Source: Gordius albopunctatus (lineage: Eukaryota). From it: a DNA stretch of 64,000 nucleotides. This document shows positions 25,628-40,288 of the stretch, in pieces. The stretch's first letter is position 1, and every line of letters starts with the position of its first letter. The stretch covers positions 19,406,001-19,470,000 of the forward strand of contig OZ193909.1 of the NCBI GenBank assembly GCA_964276515.1. Direction: 5' to 3'. Both the position numbers and the translations under genes were made by a program. The notes beneath the pieces are model-generated. The model was not told where the DNA came from. It did no database searches and saw nothing but the letters and a program-made list of their open reading frames with translations.

Positions 25628-27410
25628 TATAAGCTTTCTCATACTCGCATTCGTTTATATTTGGATAATTTATATATATATTGTAGCTGGTTCAAGTTTA
25701 AAAACCAGGCATCTTATATTTAATTAATTTTTTTATTAACAAGCAAATTTGTTCATAAGCTTTGTACACAATTATATTATTATGTTGGAAAGGTTTTATA
25801 TAGGCCTGTAGGCTAATTGAAATTTTTTATATCTTAAATATCAAACTCTCAAAAATGGTTTAAAAAGCTGCACGAGAAGGCCCGACCCGAGGCGCATACG
25901 GACGGGCTTAAAGATTAAAAATTTTAGCGAGCCGGGCTTGAGCACGCCATACACATTCAATAACGGGTTTTTGTAAACGGTTCAGGAAATAATAATAAAT
26001 TTAACTCCGACTACGAATGGGAAGACAATTAATTTTTTTAATTTTTATATGCATTAATAGTAATTAAATCGTACTCTTATTTAATTTTTCTGTGCACATA
26101 ATTAGAAACATTCTTTTAACCTGTCACATCATTCATTTTACAATTGGTGTTATATTCATAATATAATAACTTAATAAAGTAGTTTTTTTATATTTAGAAC
26201 TAGCTTAAGTAATAGTCTGTTAAATTTAATAATGCAACTCAAAAAATATTGTTAAAAAGTTACTAATTCAGTTTATGGGTTGCCAATTGCCAAAAATAAA
26301 AATACAGGTACAAAGGACTGTGCGCTCTATTAGGCCATGTGGATATCTGAATACACAAAGAACTTTTTAACTTTATTTACAAACAAATCAAGAGATGGTA
26401 GAACACTCAAAATAACTAAAAAAAGAAATTATCTTAGTAAGTTTTTATAAATCAAGATGAGAAGCATAGTAAAACCCTTAAAAATCCACATGTTTAAATT
26501 TTATTTATTAGTATGCTTTTATTAGACAAATATAATTCATAAAATATAGAATAAACTAGCAAAAAATAATATAAATAAAAAGGTATTCATCCTATTCGTC
26601 AAGTGATAAAAAGGAAATAAGTATCTGATTCCTAATTTCTGTAGCCTTTCACTTTAATTTTTAACATGGTAAAAATTCCTTATTGACAAAATTTATTAAA
26701 AATTATAAGCTTAGTATAAAGGCGACAAGCCCGCTAAATTGTAACTAGAGGGGCCAATTATGATTTACAGCGTTTACCTAAACTTTTGCACTTCGTTTGG
26801 ATTTCCCGCACACTAGTAGGAGAGAAAAGGGGTGGTAATCAATCATAGCGTCTAACATGAATCGCTCATTCCTTCTCTCCCCTTCGCATGTAACACACTC
26901 CTTCCCCAACCTTACATCTTATTTTGCAACTCATACACCATATTTCCCACTTTTTTATAAAATAGTCATTTTTTGTATAAATTAGTGATTTTTTTATTAT
27001 ATTATATTAGTGGTGTCCATTGTATTTATTATAATATATTAAATTCACAAAACTTAAAAAAACTTGACAAATTATTATAAAATATAATTTAATATAGATG
27101 GCACTATTTTATTTACATATGCAACTTTATCACTATCTCGGTATTTTAATTTTAAAAGTAGTAGTAGGCTTTATCATTCTCACATTAATTAATATTTGGA
27201 TTTTATATATATATTGTAATTGATTCAAGTTTTAAAAACAGCCATTTTATATTTTTTAATTTTTATTATTAACAAGTAAATAAGTTCATAAGTCTTCATT
27301 ATATAATAATGTATGTGTCATATCCTGAGATATTCTCATATTTGAATTCTCCCTTAATTTTTCAATATGATCACATTCCGACCCACGAAAATTGGTAATA
27401 TTAATGCGAT

Positions 27411-29246
27411 CAGGGGCGTACGCAGGATTTTTCTGCGGGGAGGGTTTTTAAATCAGAATCATATTAATTTTACAATTTATTTAAATACAAACACTTTCAC
27501 AAAAAATATTTATTATAAACGTCATATCATATAATTTTATAAAATAAATAGTAGGGAAAAAATTATTTGCGCGATTTAGATAAAAATTCATTGATTCTCT
27601 TGCCCAGTTGTATTCCTCAAGTAAGTTTTAAGTCTTCTCAGCGTAGAAAAACTTCTTTCATTAGAACACGTTGTTACTGGGAGTGTTGCTAAAATCTGGT
27701 ATAACACTCTTATATTTGGATATAGAAGCAGCTTGGAATTATAATCCCACAATGCTTTTAGTGCATTAAAAGGCAGGACTTCAGGGTTACAATCTTTAAA
27801 AGATTGATACCAGAGTTTAATCTCAGCCTCATAAATTTCTTGATTTCCATTCAAATTATCCCCATAAAAATTCGCTAAATTCAAAAAGTTCGCCAGTTTA
27901 ACTTCAGATAGCTTTACAGGTGGTTGTAGTAGTAAAGAATGAAATCCCATGAGAATTTGTTTATTCTCAAGAAACCTTGTGTCCATTTCTACCAAAAATG
28001 TGTCTAAGAATGCATTATACAGAGTTATTCTATAATAAGCCTCTGGGGTTTGTTGGACATTTCCTCTGGGAATCGAAATCTCAAAGTCATATTGTTTTCC
28101 CATCAATGTGACATCTCTAAAAATCCTGGAAAACTCTACCTGAGAATTATTTCTAATTAATTTAATAGCTTCCACAACGTTTTCGGCCGCATTTATTGCC
28201 TGTGATAAGTCTAGGTTAACGCTTTGCAAATGAATGCTAAGATTTAAAGTATAAGCAAAGATTTGCTTTAGTGTGTGTAATGATAACCAAAAATGGCCAG
28301 TTTTAAGTGCTGATACCAATAGCATGACACCCGAAGAGGAATCATTGTCTGCCCATTCACTAATCTGCTCAAGGGTTGTGATGATTGAATCTCTTAATTC
28401 AAAAAAGCGGTTTATTGCTTGATGCTTTTGAACCCATCTTGTTTCACAGAGAGTTTTTAATTTCAAATTTTTGGAATCTGAAGACTTTACAATTGAATCA
28501 AACAAATATTGCCTTTTAGGCGTTGATAAAAAATCATTCACCTTTTTAACAATCCCTATAAATTGGAAAAAATTAGATATCAAAATTTAAAATATACCTA
28601 TACAATTCCGGATATGTGAGATTTTGCAAGAATCGGCAATGCTTAAATTTAATACATACGATGAACAGTGAATGTAGATTGCAGTAGGATAGACATTTCT
28701 TATGTGAGTTTGCAATCCATTTTTTACACCACTCATTGCTGGAGCACCATCGTAACCTTGTCCTCTCAATTTTGTTGTATTTATGTTCAATTCTTTTAAA
28801 GTCTTCAGGATCACTTCAGATAGGCCTTTTCCAGTCATATCATGTATATCAACATATAGCAAAAATTCCTCTTTCACAACGATTGGTGTTGAATCCACAT
28901 CTAAATATCTTACCACTAGAACCATTTGTTCCCGAGTAGAGATATCTGTGGTTTCATCGACTAATATTGCAAAAAAGGGAGCAGCGTTTATTTTTTTTAC
29001 AATCTGGGATTGTATCATATGTGATATTATAGAGATGATTTCATTTTGGATACGCGGGGAAAGATACGTTGCATTTTTAGGGCATTCTGTCAAAGCGTGG
29101 CATACTTTTTCGCTGTTTTCTGCTAAAAATATTAAAAGCTCACGGAAATTTCCTTCGTTAATTCTATATTAGAAAATAAAAAATATTTTTTCGAAATCCG
29201 CGGGGGGGGTTTGAACCCTAAAACCCCCCCCTTGCGTACGCCACTG
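27411..29246 (-). mobile_element. hAT DNA transposon, internally deleted
   Basis: TIRs caggggcgtacgcagg / cttgcgtacgccactg. Perfect 8-bp TSD aatgcgat at 27403-27410 and 29247-29254. Confidence 0.95.
27588..29165 (-). pseudogene. hAT transposase (ZMYM1/P52rIPK-like, DUF4371 + hAT dimerisation), interrupted by one in-frame TAA
   Basis: GNFRELL, YLSPRIQNEII, LVDETTD, QGYDGA, HCSSY, TRW, LPVTTCSNERSFS.L.RLKTYLR. ORFs 28587-29093 and 27588-28583 are in the same frame, separated by TAA at 28587-28589. N- and C-termini are truncated. Confidence 0.9.
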
Positions 29247-29300
29247 AATGCGATTAATTCGTAATCGCACCAATATAAGTGGGATCGATTTTATATTATG

Positions 29301-29400
29301 CTAGATGAACCCGGCAAACGTTGTTTTGCCATTTACCCGGGGGTGTATTAATACAATTATATAAAAAATACATGCATACCAAATTCAATTGTTTAACCAT
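29301..29400 (-). mobile_element. Helitron 3' terminus (non-autonomous copy; 5' extent unclear)
   Basis: ctagatgaacccggcaaacgttgttttgccat has the same hairpin + CTAG end as 17510 and 41261. Confidence 0.7.
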
Positions 29401-32400
29401 TGCGCGAAAAGTACAAAATGATTTGTTTTTTTTTGTTCGTTTTTTGATGCGGGCGAAAATAATTGTCTGTGGTTTCACTATGAAGACCTCATATTTACAA
29501 TTGTTATTTTCGTGATATATATGATAAAATTCACGATGAATATAAGATATTAAGAAGAAAACTAATGAAAAGTTTGATAAATTAGCACAAAAACTCACTT
29601 CGCTTTTTTTCGCTTCGCGCGTCATCACGAACGCGGGGTTACCCTTACAATTCATTTATACAAAACTTATTATACCACGTGAAATTTTCTATCTTGTTTC
29701 AACTACATCACTTTGTTTTATTTATGAATAAATTTTATTTATTTTATGCTCTATGAACCAGAGGGGACATATTAGTGTGATGTCACACAAAGTAGTAGCG
29801 GAATTTTAAGTTTGTCCAACGTTCATGAGGGAAAAATTATTCAATTGCATTTGACCCATGGTCGGATTTAGGTTTTGGATGGGGGGGGGGGGAAACATAA
29901 ATATTTTTTATTCTTAAAGGTGGGCGTAGGAAATTTTTTTGTCCCCCCAAGGCAAAAAGGCTAGCTACACCACTGTTTGTAATATATAAAAACTTTATTG
30001 TAGAACTTATAACAATATTGAGTTTTTTAAACTATTATAAAAACAGCGGGGAACTTAAATAATTGTTTTATATAAAGTATCTTATAATCCCTGATGATCT
30101 TAGGTTTTATATATTAGGTTTTAATTCTTTTATAAGTGATCCATTCCAATCTATATAAATTTAGCTTATCAAATTTATTTTGCATCTGATAAAGCTGTTA
30201 TAATATAAAATAATGATATTGATAATATTATTTTAATAAATCTATATTTTTTAAAGTAAATATAAAGTAAAAACAGTATATATGAAACAATTGTAACGAT
30301 TAAAAATATTTTATATAAAGTAAAATGTCTTTTCAAGCAAATAAAATGTCTATTGGTAAGGTTTTCTGGAATAGTTCCAGAAAACATATAATTCATACTC
30401 TCAGTAAAACCATATTCTTCCATCCCATTAAATAAATGCTAAATTAATCAAAGTATAAATTAAATAGTTTATATTCAAAATGCTTATTAATATAATCAGC
30501 TATTGAAAAAGTTTTAAATACCTTATTTGATGTATAACTTTATATTAATTGATGTAAAAAACTTATTCTTTTCGAATAAGTTCCTAATATTATAAATAAG
30601 TTGCTAATTTTATAAGCTAGTGAAAAAGTTTGTAAATACCTTATTTGATGTAATAATTGTTGAAATTGTAGTAGACTTTGTATTTATAAATATAAATTAG
30701 TGAAAAAGTTTGTAAATTACATGATCTCAAACGCTTTTCATTACGTGAACTCAAATATATGTTTCTCAGAAATTTGAATCAATTATGTTACTCAAAAAAT
30801 CACCAGATTGACAAAAAAGGTTCTTTTTTCGTGTTTTCAACGAATGAGGAGGCGTGATTGACGTTTACGCGATCTCAAATGCTACGTGCTCTCATACGTT
30901 ACACCGGGCCGCCCTGAACGCTTCTATGTTGTTCTCTCGGCAATGCCCGATTTATTGAGCTTCCCGGCCCGAAATGATGGTTTCTACCAATAACTTTGTT
31001 ACTTGTAATAATTTTAAATATAATTCCCGATAATGTATTTTGAATATAGGGTTATCTATATATTAACAAATTTCCTTAAAATTGAGTCAGCGTAGAGATG
31101 CATTGCATGCATACACTAATGTATCATAGTAGGGTTAGTGTAGGTTGAGTGATAAAGTCATATGACTGGGTAGGGTATGTATTATATGAGTAAATCGAAC
31201 GGAAATCTCCCTCATTTTAAAAATTAGTTAAGTTTAGAAATGAGCTAAAATTTAAATTTTTTGCTTTATGATCTTAATAAATTTAAGTGATTAAGTTTAA
31301 AACGATTATTCGGTATTAAATTATATAAATATTATTCATTTATAATGCAAAATTTACATAAATAACCTATGTACGCTTTATTGTGACATATGGTTCATTA
31401 GGAAAATAGATTTAAGCCAATTAAAATCATAATTTCTCTATTCGTCTATTTAAATAAGTGTAAATATATAATGTATGTAAATTAATGTTAAACAAAACAC
31501 GACTATTTAAAATTAATTAATAATATATTTATCAAATTTATTAGGGCAATATATGAAATATATAAAAGAAAATATTGTGATAAAACATTTATTTGTAATA
31601 AAAAAAATTAACTCTACCAAATTTTGGGAACATTTATTATATATAGCTATTCATATAAGATTTAATATAGATACAAAATAGTTAGTTTGTTTGGCTAAAA
31701 ATTATTAAAAATTATAAAGGCTATTATCTTGTTTTTAATATAAAATTTAAGAGACCTCTAAAGTGTATTAAGCCTATACTGCCATCTAGCGGAATATTCT
31801 TTTATAAATATATATATTCGTGTTTATATCTCTTTACTTTTTTAAATATTTATCTTAATAATTTAATGATCCATTAAATGCACATTTTAATGGTAAGAAT
31901 AATTAGTTTAGAATAATATTGAACTATGATTATAATTATGAATACATTGGAAATCATATAAAACATAAAATCGTTTTATATAAAACACGGAATTGACTAC
32001 ACACCGATCTCAAAATCTTTCAACCACTATTAAAAAATAAGCATTTAATAAATGAATGGCATGAAAATATTTATGTAGAAATTTTTCAATTAACCTTAAA
32101 GTTTACATATTTAATAAAACAAAACAATACTCCCCTTTTGAGTTAACCCGTTTGCCCTATAAATAAACTTCTTAATGAATAAAATTAGTTCAATTAGTCA
32201 ATCTGTGTTCTGTTAAAACTTACTGTTTTTGATAAAAACACAATCATTTATCAATAGAATTTAAATGCAATATATGGATAATTCTTTTAACTTAAAGCAA
32301 AAAAAGGAAGGTATAGAAATTTTTTATCATGAAAATAAGTAGTAACTTAGCGAAACGACGAATGATAAGGGAATAATAAAGGTTAATTGGAGAAACTTTG

Positions 32401-33919
32401 TGATGTCAAAATCAAGTTTCTTAACTTTTTTACCATTTTAATATGCAATAAAATAAAAAGTAACAAAATAATTCACTATTTGAAAAATCTTATTAAGCCC
32501 GAATTGCCCGAATCCTATCTTCGTGCCGACCGCGCGGGCCCGCCCGAAAATAAAAATTTAGGACCGGGTCGGGCCGGGCCTGTTTCGGGCAGCGGGCCGG
32601 ACCGGGCAATCTGGTCTCTGGGATGAATCGTATCGGACGTCCCTGGAGGTGTGGTCGACGCAGAGTCATGATTCTGACTATACCAATCTTTGCCGGTTCA
32701 ATCTTGAGGGGTCGTGGCTCCTCAATGGTAAATTGTTAACCGATAAGTATAGCACTTAAAGGAGCCAAGCTAGTTATTTTGGCCCAAGCTAGCTCATCGG
32801 CGCTTGAAAAGGTGTTGTGACGTCCTGTTCATCACCGGGCTTTGAACTCCGTACCCTGAGAGAGGGGGCGGGCGTCGATGGTGATGCTTTGGCGGGGCTG
32901 GCTCGAGGTTCTATCTGCTATTCTTGTTCTTGGTATGACGTTCTCATGCCATGACGATATGACAGTTTCCGTTAAAAATCTTGTAATTAAGAGGTGGCTG
33001 CCCCCTTCTAAATCCAAAAATTTATTAAAATCATGGCTAAAATTTCAAAAAAAATCATTTTACCCTTCCCTAAATCATTATTGCCCCCCTCTAATCCCAA
33101 TGTTGTCTATGCCCACGATAAAGACACATGGGAAATGGGCGATGAGGACCTAATTTCTAAGCCCCTAAATTTAGTTAAAATGGTGGCTTGCGGCAAGTTT
33201 ATATTATTGAAAGGTAGATTGAGAAAAGATTCTAGGAGATTTATTATTTAAGATTTATATATTTTTTTAAATATCTGTAGAAAAGTGGCAGCTCATCTAA
33301 AACAGTGCTGAATTTTGGAGATGTTAAAAATATATCGTGAAAAAAGTATGGTGTGTTGGTAGCAGTTTTAAAAATCAAATTTTGAGGCCTAACGAGTTAA
33401 ATGTTTGTTTAAAAAGTCTCGTAAAGAAGAGGACGCGAGCCGAGCATTGTAAGAATTTGTTCATTCACAGTAAAATATGGTTTAAATATAGATAATTGAT
33501 CAAAACTAGGGGGCTGGAAAACTTAGCATTTGGCATAGTTACAAGTAAGATCAAGGGATGTACTGTAGAATTGTGCTAATGGCTTTGGCAATTGCTCGTG
33601 ATACTTTATTAGCAAAATCACGTGATAGCAAGTAATCAATGCTGCATACATTTTCGATTTTGTAAATGACCTAAGTCTAATGGGCTGATATTGGTTGTGG
33701 GAGGGGAGCCAAACCTAAAAGGAGTTATAAAGAATACGGCAGGGCATGGGCAGGTTCTAACTTTTCAAGTCTAATATTTAAAAATTCATGTTAAAGCTAA
33801 ATATTAGAAACAATAAATAAATTTTCTTACCTATTAAACCTTCTTTACATTTCCCACAAAATCCTAGCCTCATATCCGGTAGCTATAAATCTATTATAAT
33901 TCTGATTTTCGCTTTGCGT

Positions 33920-34600
33920 TGCTTCTTCCCTTGCCTTCTGGCATTGGATCCTACGTCTCCTGGATTTTTATATTTTTTTCACTTCATTTCTTTTTGGATC
34001 TATCGCCAACTAGAATGTTGTACGAATGGCACCCTATACTTAGGCTGGGTAATTTTATCTTGATGTCATCATTTCTGTTCCCAGATTGCATCCTCCATCA
34101 TCTCTCAGGTCAGGTTTTAAGAGATTTCCCATTGTTTTAATCCGTCTCCCTATCATTTCGTGGCAGGGAGGGCCTTCTGCCCCCCTATAAATCCAAAAAT
34201 TCTCTAAAATTTAATATAGTTATGGCGCAAATTTCGAGAAAATATCATCATGCCCCTCCCTAAAGCATTATTGCCCCTCTATAGTTCCCATGCTGCCCAC
34301 GCCCATGGATCATGGTGTCTTTTATGCTTGCAAATTGCGTCCTCCTTTTAATTGTCGGATCAGGTCTTAAAAGATTTACCATTGTTTTCATTCGCCTCCC
34401 TTCCTCCCTATAACGAATTCGGCAAGAACCTCATCCGTCGTTGAAAGAGAGATGTTTTAATAAATCATTAAAATCTCGAGCAAATATAATGGCACACAAC
34501 GTTCCGTTTATGGTATTTAATAGCGCCTGATTGACCAGCGGCCTCTTCTCTAAATTCTGACTAAGCCCGAGAGTCGATTAAGCAAAACCCAACCATTTTT
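33920..34600 (-). mobile_element. Decayed Gypsy integrase-region remnant(s), with a MITE at ~34160-34306
   Basis: Two similar minus-strand segments reading RR(M/I)KTM.NLL(R/K)PD (34365-34400 and 34108-34150); heavily broken. Confidence 0.4.
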
Positions 34601-36360
34601 ACAACATTAGACGTAAGGTTTCCCAACCGAATTATTACTACTTATAAATCACGTGTATATGCAAAGTAACGCAAAATTCTTTATTATACATAATCCAAGT
34701 ATAATGAGTTGAAACGACATTGTAAATTTTAGTGTCATCTAATTAAAAACTAAATATATATTAATAATCATCAGTGGATAAACTCGTTTTTTATTTAGTC
34801 CTTCTTAAGTTAGCCCAAACGAAAATAAATAAATTGATTTATTTTATCAATATCATCTTCTCGATTATTTAGTGACTATAAGTAAAAAGTTTTTAAAAGT
34901 CCACTTTTATAAAATTCAAATTATTTAACAGAATTTAGGGGAGGACCAGGAAGACAAACCAAAAAGTAGTAATTTTTTAAATAAATAAGGATAATAAAAA
35001 TAATACTTCTACAATTATCTCACATATATATTTTGAAATTTTGTTTACTATTATTTACTCACATAATTTGTTTACTTAAACATAATTTATTTTGTTTAAA
35101 AGCCTGGCTATCAAGCCATGAACTCAACAAGACACATCTCTTATCTTGAAGATGACACGAACTATTTCCTGTATACTCTCTCTCTCGTCAATTACAAAAT
35201 ATGACAATGAATCTAAGCCCCCCCCCCCCTCCCCCTACACCATTCACCTTTGTCACAACTTTAATCTATGTCGAAATGTATAAACTCTGATTGACATTTT
35301 TAAAACTAAATTTACAAATAAATCATATTTTTAAGGTCTTAAAGATTTTTTTAATTAATACTTATATGAACCATATTTTGCATTAATAGTATTTTTTTAA
35401 ATTTTCATACACGATTTTCGAAAACTACTAAAATATTCAATTAGCCGGCATAGAGTCATGGATCGAAATTTTATTTGATTCTAAAATTTCCATACGTGAT
35501 TTTTTTAAATAAATAAAAAATAAATATTAAAAAAAAATTTATTTAGTTTTTCAATAATTAAATTCATTTGAAGAATGTAAGAATGTTTTGCTAGTTTGTC
35601 ATAAAATTTCAAAGATTGTTTATTCTAGGAATTATACGTTGTGTCTAAGTAGCAGAACGTCTCCCTGTCCCTGGCACTTTGACAGTAAAGGAATTACATT
35701 ATATTATCTCGATACTTTATTTCTCACGCTAAAAGCATTCACTGAGAATAAAAAGTTTTGCTACTGGCAGGCAAGCAGGGGGTCAATATGGAGATAAGAG
35801 ATAGGGGGAATTATTACCGGGGAAGTCTTACTGAGGGAATGTTATCAAAATTGTCAAGGAAGTGATATATGTTTAGAAGACCATGGGAAAATAAATTTAT
35901 TAAAATATCATTATAAAATTCATCAAATCCTATATTTAATTATATTTTCCCCATAATTTAATAAATTTTATTGAAATCTCAAAATAATTAAAGAAATAAT
36001 AGTTTATTTTTATTGGAGGCGTTATTGAAGAAATTATATGATTATACATTGGGGAGGAAACTATTATTTCTACCCCTACCTCTGGTTTATATCAAAGGTC
36101 ACATTCATTCATAGGATGGATTCATAAAGCAATATGCATTCATTGAAAAATTGCGTATAAAATTTTGCAAAAAAAGACGCTAAAACCGACGCTAATATAC
36201 CATGATAAATAATAATAACTAAGGGTAAAACAGGTGTCAAATATCAGAGAATCTCCTATAATTATCGTACCCCCCTAATTTTTATCTCCCTTTCTCGCTG
36301 ATAAATTCAAAAATATATATTTAATTATATTTTGAAATCCGAGTAAATTTTACAAATATC

Positions 36361-38082
36361 ATGACTTTATCAATTCCGGTAGTTCCCAATTACAGTAGCG
36401 TGAGAAGCGTATGGAAATCGCCTCAAAAATCACAAATTACATCGATAAATCAGCTGACCGATAAAATGCCTTGTTTGGTGAAATTAATCAATAATTTTGA
36501 TCAATCACTCGATATTGGGAATAATTCGGAAATCAATAAATCAGCTATCGATTTTTCACGCCCCTTATTCCTTTACAAATCGATTGGGTACAGTAAAGTT
36601 AGGGCTAAATGCTTCACCCAAAGTCCATTTATAAATCCAATTTACCAAGATGTCATCATTCCCCAATCTTACAATGGTAATTCCTAATGATATTTTTTTA
36701 ATTTTAAGGTTATTTTCCCTATTAAAGTCATCAAAAATAATTTTTGAGGATGTAAAATATCATTTTTAACTATATTATATAAATTTTTGTAGTAAAACTT
36801 TGAAATAAAAAAATTTCTAATTTTATTCACATAATTTTTAGGTTGGTTTAGGTTTCAGCGAGAAGATGGACAATCGGCAGTTTGCCTTAACACGGTAGAA
36901 CAATTAGCATTGATCGATCCGAAATATATTCTATGCGATTCTGACGTCTGTGGGTATTATCATGAAGAAAGCTTAATTTCAACCGTTAAACAAGAGGTGA
37001 CACCACCAGCGAAATTGAAAAATTCCCATAAAAATCATCGTGCTTGTCAAACAGGTTATTTTGGTGACCAATTTTTAGATTGCAAACTAGCTCAAATTAT
37101 ATACGAAAATGCTACTGCCAATATCGATGAATCTACTAACACCCAAGACTCTGAGTCTAGATATGTGCAAGGCAGTCAAAGCATTGATTACGCTAGGATG
37201 CGTGCTTTAAAACATGATCTTCGCACGGGTATATTGGGGGTTGGAATGTCTGGACAAGAATCAAAACAAAACGTAGACAGTACTTATGGCACTAGCTCCG
37301 GTCCCCTACCCAAAATATACGTTAAAAGATGCGTGCCCCGAGGTACACTGCTAAAAAATTTGGGAATATACGGCGAAACTTGGGCTACGAAAACCAAAGA
37401 AAATCATAACAGAGATTCTCCCGTTCCCGAGCAATTAAAGGCTTCCCGGTATAGCGAAAATCTAGAGGGTAGATGCGACGGCCCTAAATATTTCAAGTGT
37501 CTCGTAGTTAGTAAGGGAGATTTAGAGCAAAGGGGCGCTGTCACCACTGCCTCTAAAATAGTTTTCCTACCCTTCCATCGCAAGGGTCGATTTTATGTGG
37601 TGGGGCCCGCTTCTTGTAGCAGTGTCAATTGTGTGTACCCCATATCGACCATAGTACGGAGAATAGATAAACCGGTGGTTGTTAAACACGTGTGTGGACC
37701 ACTGCCCAAAACCCTTACTACCCCCTTATCAAGCATCGTTCCTTTTGAGAAAGAGATCGTTCCTTGTTCCCGAGTTAAAGAGCAAGACTTAACTTTTCTC
37801 ATATACCCTCAAGAACCATGTTACGGTTCTCAAACAGTTATAGCATGCGCTCTAGACCGAGACTATAAGGGGACTTCTCTGTTCGAGCTGGACGTGGCCC
37901 AAATTGATTTCCGCGCTACTGACTTACGCCTCCTATTAGATGGGGAATCAGTAGGCGATGCCGATCCCACCCTTGTACGAGCTTACGACAATTGCTTGGA
38001 ATTTTGTCACAAATTTGCGAACCCCTTCGCGAAATCCATTAAAATCATGCACTTCGTAGATGAGCAAAACGATCGAAATTGA
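36361..38082 (+). CDS. CABIT-domain-like protein (Serrano/GAREM/Themis-type), ~518 aa; exons 36361-36676 and 36842-38082
   Basis: A GT-AG phase-1 intron joins two ORFs in frame. Motifs W...(l..l...mPclVkl)...PLFLY......V.A.C...VIIPQSYNGWF and a second unit ..LPFHRKGRFYVV...PVVVKHVCG. AATAAA at ~38169. Domain call is by motif recognition only. Confidence 0.7.
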
Positions 38083-40288
38083 CATTAATCCCCTATTTCG
38101 TAATTTAATTCAATCTATATTTACTTCGATTAAATGTGATGTGTTATTGCTTTAACCTCGAATATATCAATAAACTATTATTCAATTATTGTGTTGATTG
38201 CGTTGCACTTCATTTTGTATATACATGGGCATAACCAGGATTTAATATAGGGGGGGGGGCAATGATTTAAGGAGGGGCAAATTGATAATTTTTAGTAATT
38301 TTGGCAATAATTATTATTTCAAATTTTATGGATTTATTAGATTTAGGCGGGGGCAACTGCCCCTCCTTTACACATAAAAAAAGAAATTTTTGAGATTTTA
38401 ATTTTTGAAATGAATCAAATTACTTTGGATTATAAGGTAGCCAAGCTTTTAACAATTCAAAATGATTTAAAAATATAACAAAAAAAATATGATTGTTGAA
38501 TTTAAAAAGTATGAAACGAATTGCGCGAATAATATTTAATGGAAAGTGATTTTAATGTCTTTAAATCAAAAGTTAATTTCTCAAACACCGACGATCTATT
38601 ACAGTTTGGGTATAAATCCAACTTTTTATAAATGTCCATTTTGTACGGCTCAAGGTTCTACACGAATTCAATTAGTTTCAACCGTTCAAGAATGTTTTGT
38701 AAGATTTTAAAACTTTTTTACCTTAAAAATAAATATAAAAACATTTATTTTTCTAATAATTTAATTTTAAGGTGAGAATATTGTGCTCGGTATTTTGTTG
38801 CTGCCCCAAAATGATTAAAATTCTATTGGGACGATTGGATGTCAACCATTTTTGCCGTTCCTGTGATCGATTTATAGGAACTTACGTTTTATGACATGCT
38901 AATTTTTGTAATTATGTGAATAAAAATTTGCGAAAATATAAAATTTTGTTTTCTTTCAAAATTAAATATTGTTACTGTACATGGGTGTAGGCAGGGGGGG
39001 GCGGCTGCCCTTTTAAATTCAAAAATTGGTTGAAATTTATTAAGATTATGGCTTAAATTTCAAAAATTATCACTTTGCCCCTCCCAAAATCATTATTGCC
39101 CCCCTCTAATTTCAATACTGGCTAGGCCTATGCTATGCTACTGTTAATATACCACAAATCGCTAATAGAATCAAACTTTTTAAAAGGGTGTTATTTAAAT
39201 GCATAGTGAAAAATTCCATAATGCTCAGTTTTTTGTGCTCAGTTTTTAATTCAATTTGCTCAGATTTTTAATTAAAAATGTTCAGTTTTTTTATGCTCAG
39301 ATTTTAATTCAAAAGAGCTCGGTTTTTTTGTAAAAAAATGTTCAGTAATTTTTCAAAAAATATTCAGTTTATTTTCAAAAAATGTTCAGTTTATTTTCAG
39401 AAAATATTCATTTTTTTCCAAAAAATGTTAATTTTTTTCTCAAAATATGCTAAGTTGTTATTAAAAAAATTTTAAACAGAAGAATGTTCAATATTCATTG
39501 CAGCATGAAAATTTTAATTGTTTTAAAGGCCCTATAGACAAGTTAAAAAAATATTATTGGGCTGTGGAAACACTAGAGAGCTCTTATAATCATTGTAAGT
39601 TATTACTCTAAATTTGTATTATAAAAATTATGTTTATATTAAGTACCTAATTTTAATCAAAGCATATTGAAAACAAACAAAATGATGCTAATTATCCTTT
39701 ATTAAAATACAATAAAATATATAAAAAGGCAATAAAATGTAAATTATTATAAAATTAAAGCATTTTTAGCTTTTTAGGGTCGCCTTCTTCGTCTTTTTTG
39801 ACCAATACTAATATTTTTGTCTATGATCTTATATATTTTTACCAAGTGTAGCTATATATAAGTAATATGTAAAACATATTTTCAAGTCCAACGGCTTTAT
39901 ATTCATCGTGAAATTTATCATATATTAATGTTATTTATTGATAAGATCGTAATTATTCTATAAAGATATAAAATTATATAAAAAATACCTACATACCGAA
40001 TTCAATTATTTAACCATAGCGCGAAAAGTACAAAATGATTTGTATCTTTTTTTCGTTCGCTTTTTGCCGCAGACGAAAATAATCGTCTGCGGTTTCAATT
40101 GTTATTTTCGTGATATATGATAAATATTACGATTAGCCTAACTTATTAACGCCAAAACTAAATTAGGAAAAGGTGCATGATTCTACACAATTTTAAGAAG
40201 TGTTCCAGTGCTACTTGATATTAAGAAATGTAATGAAAATCAATTTTAGCTATGATAGCATGGATATTAAGGTTTTATAACGAAGAAA

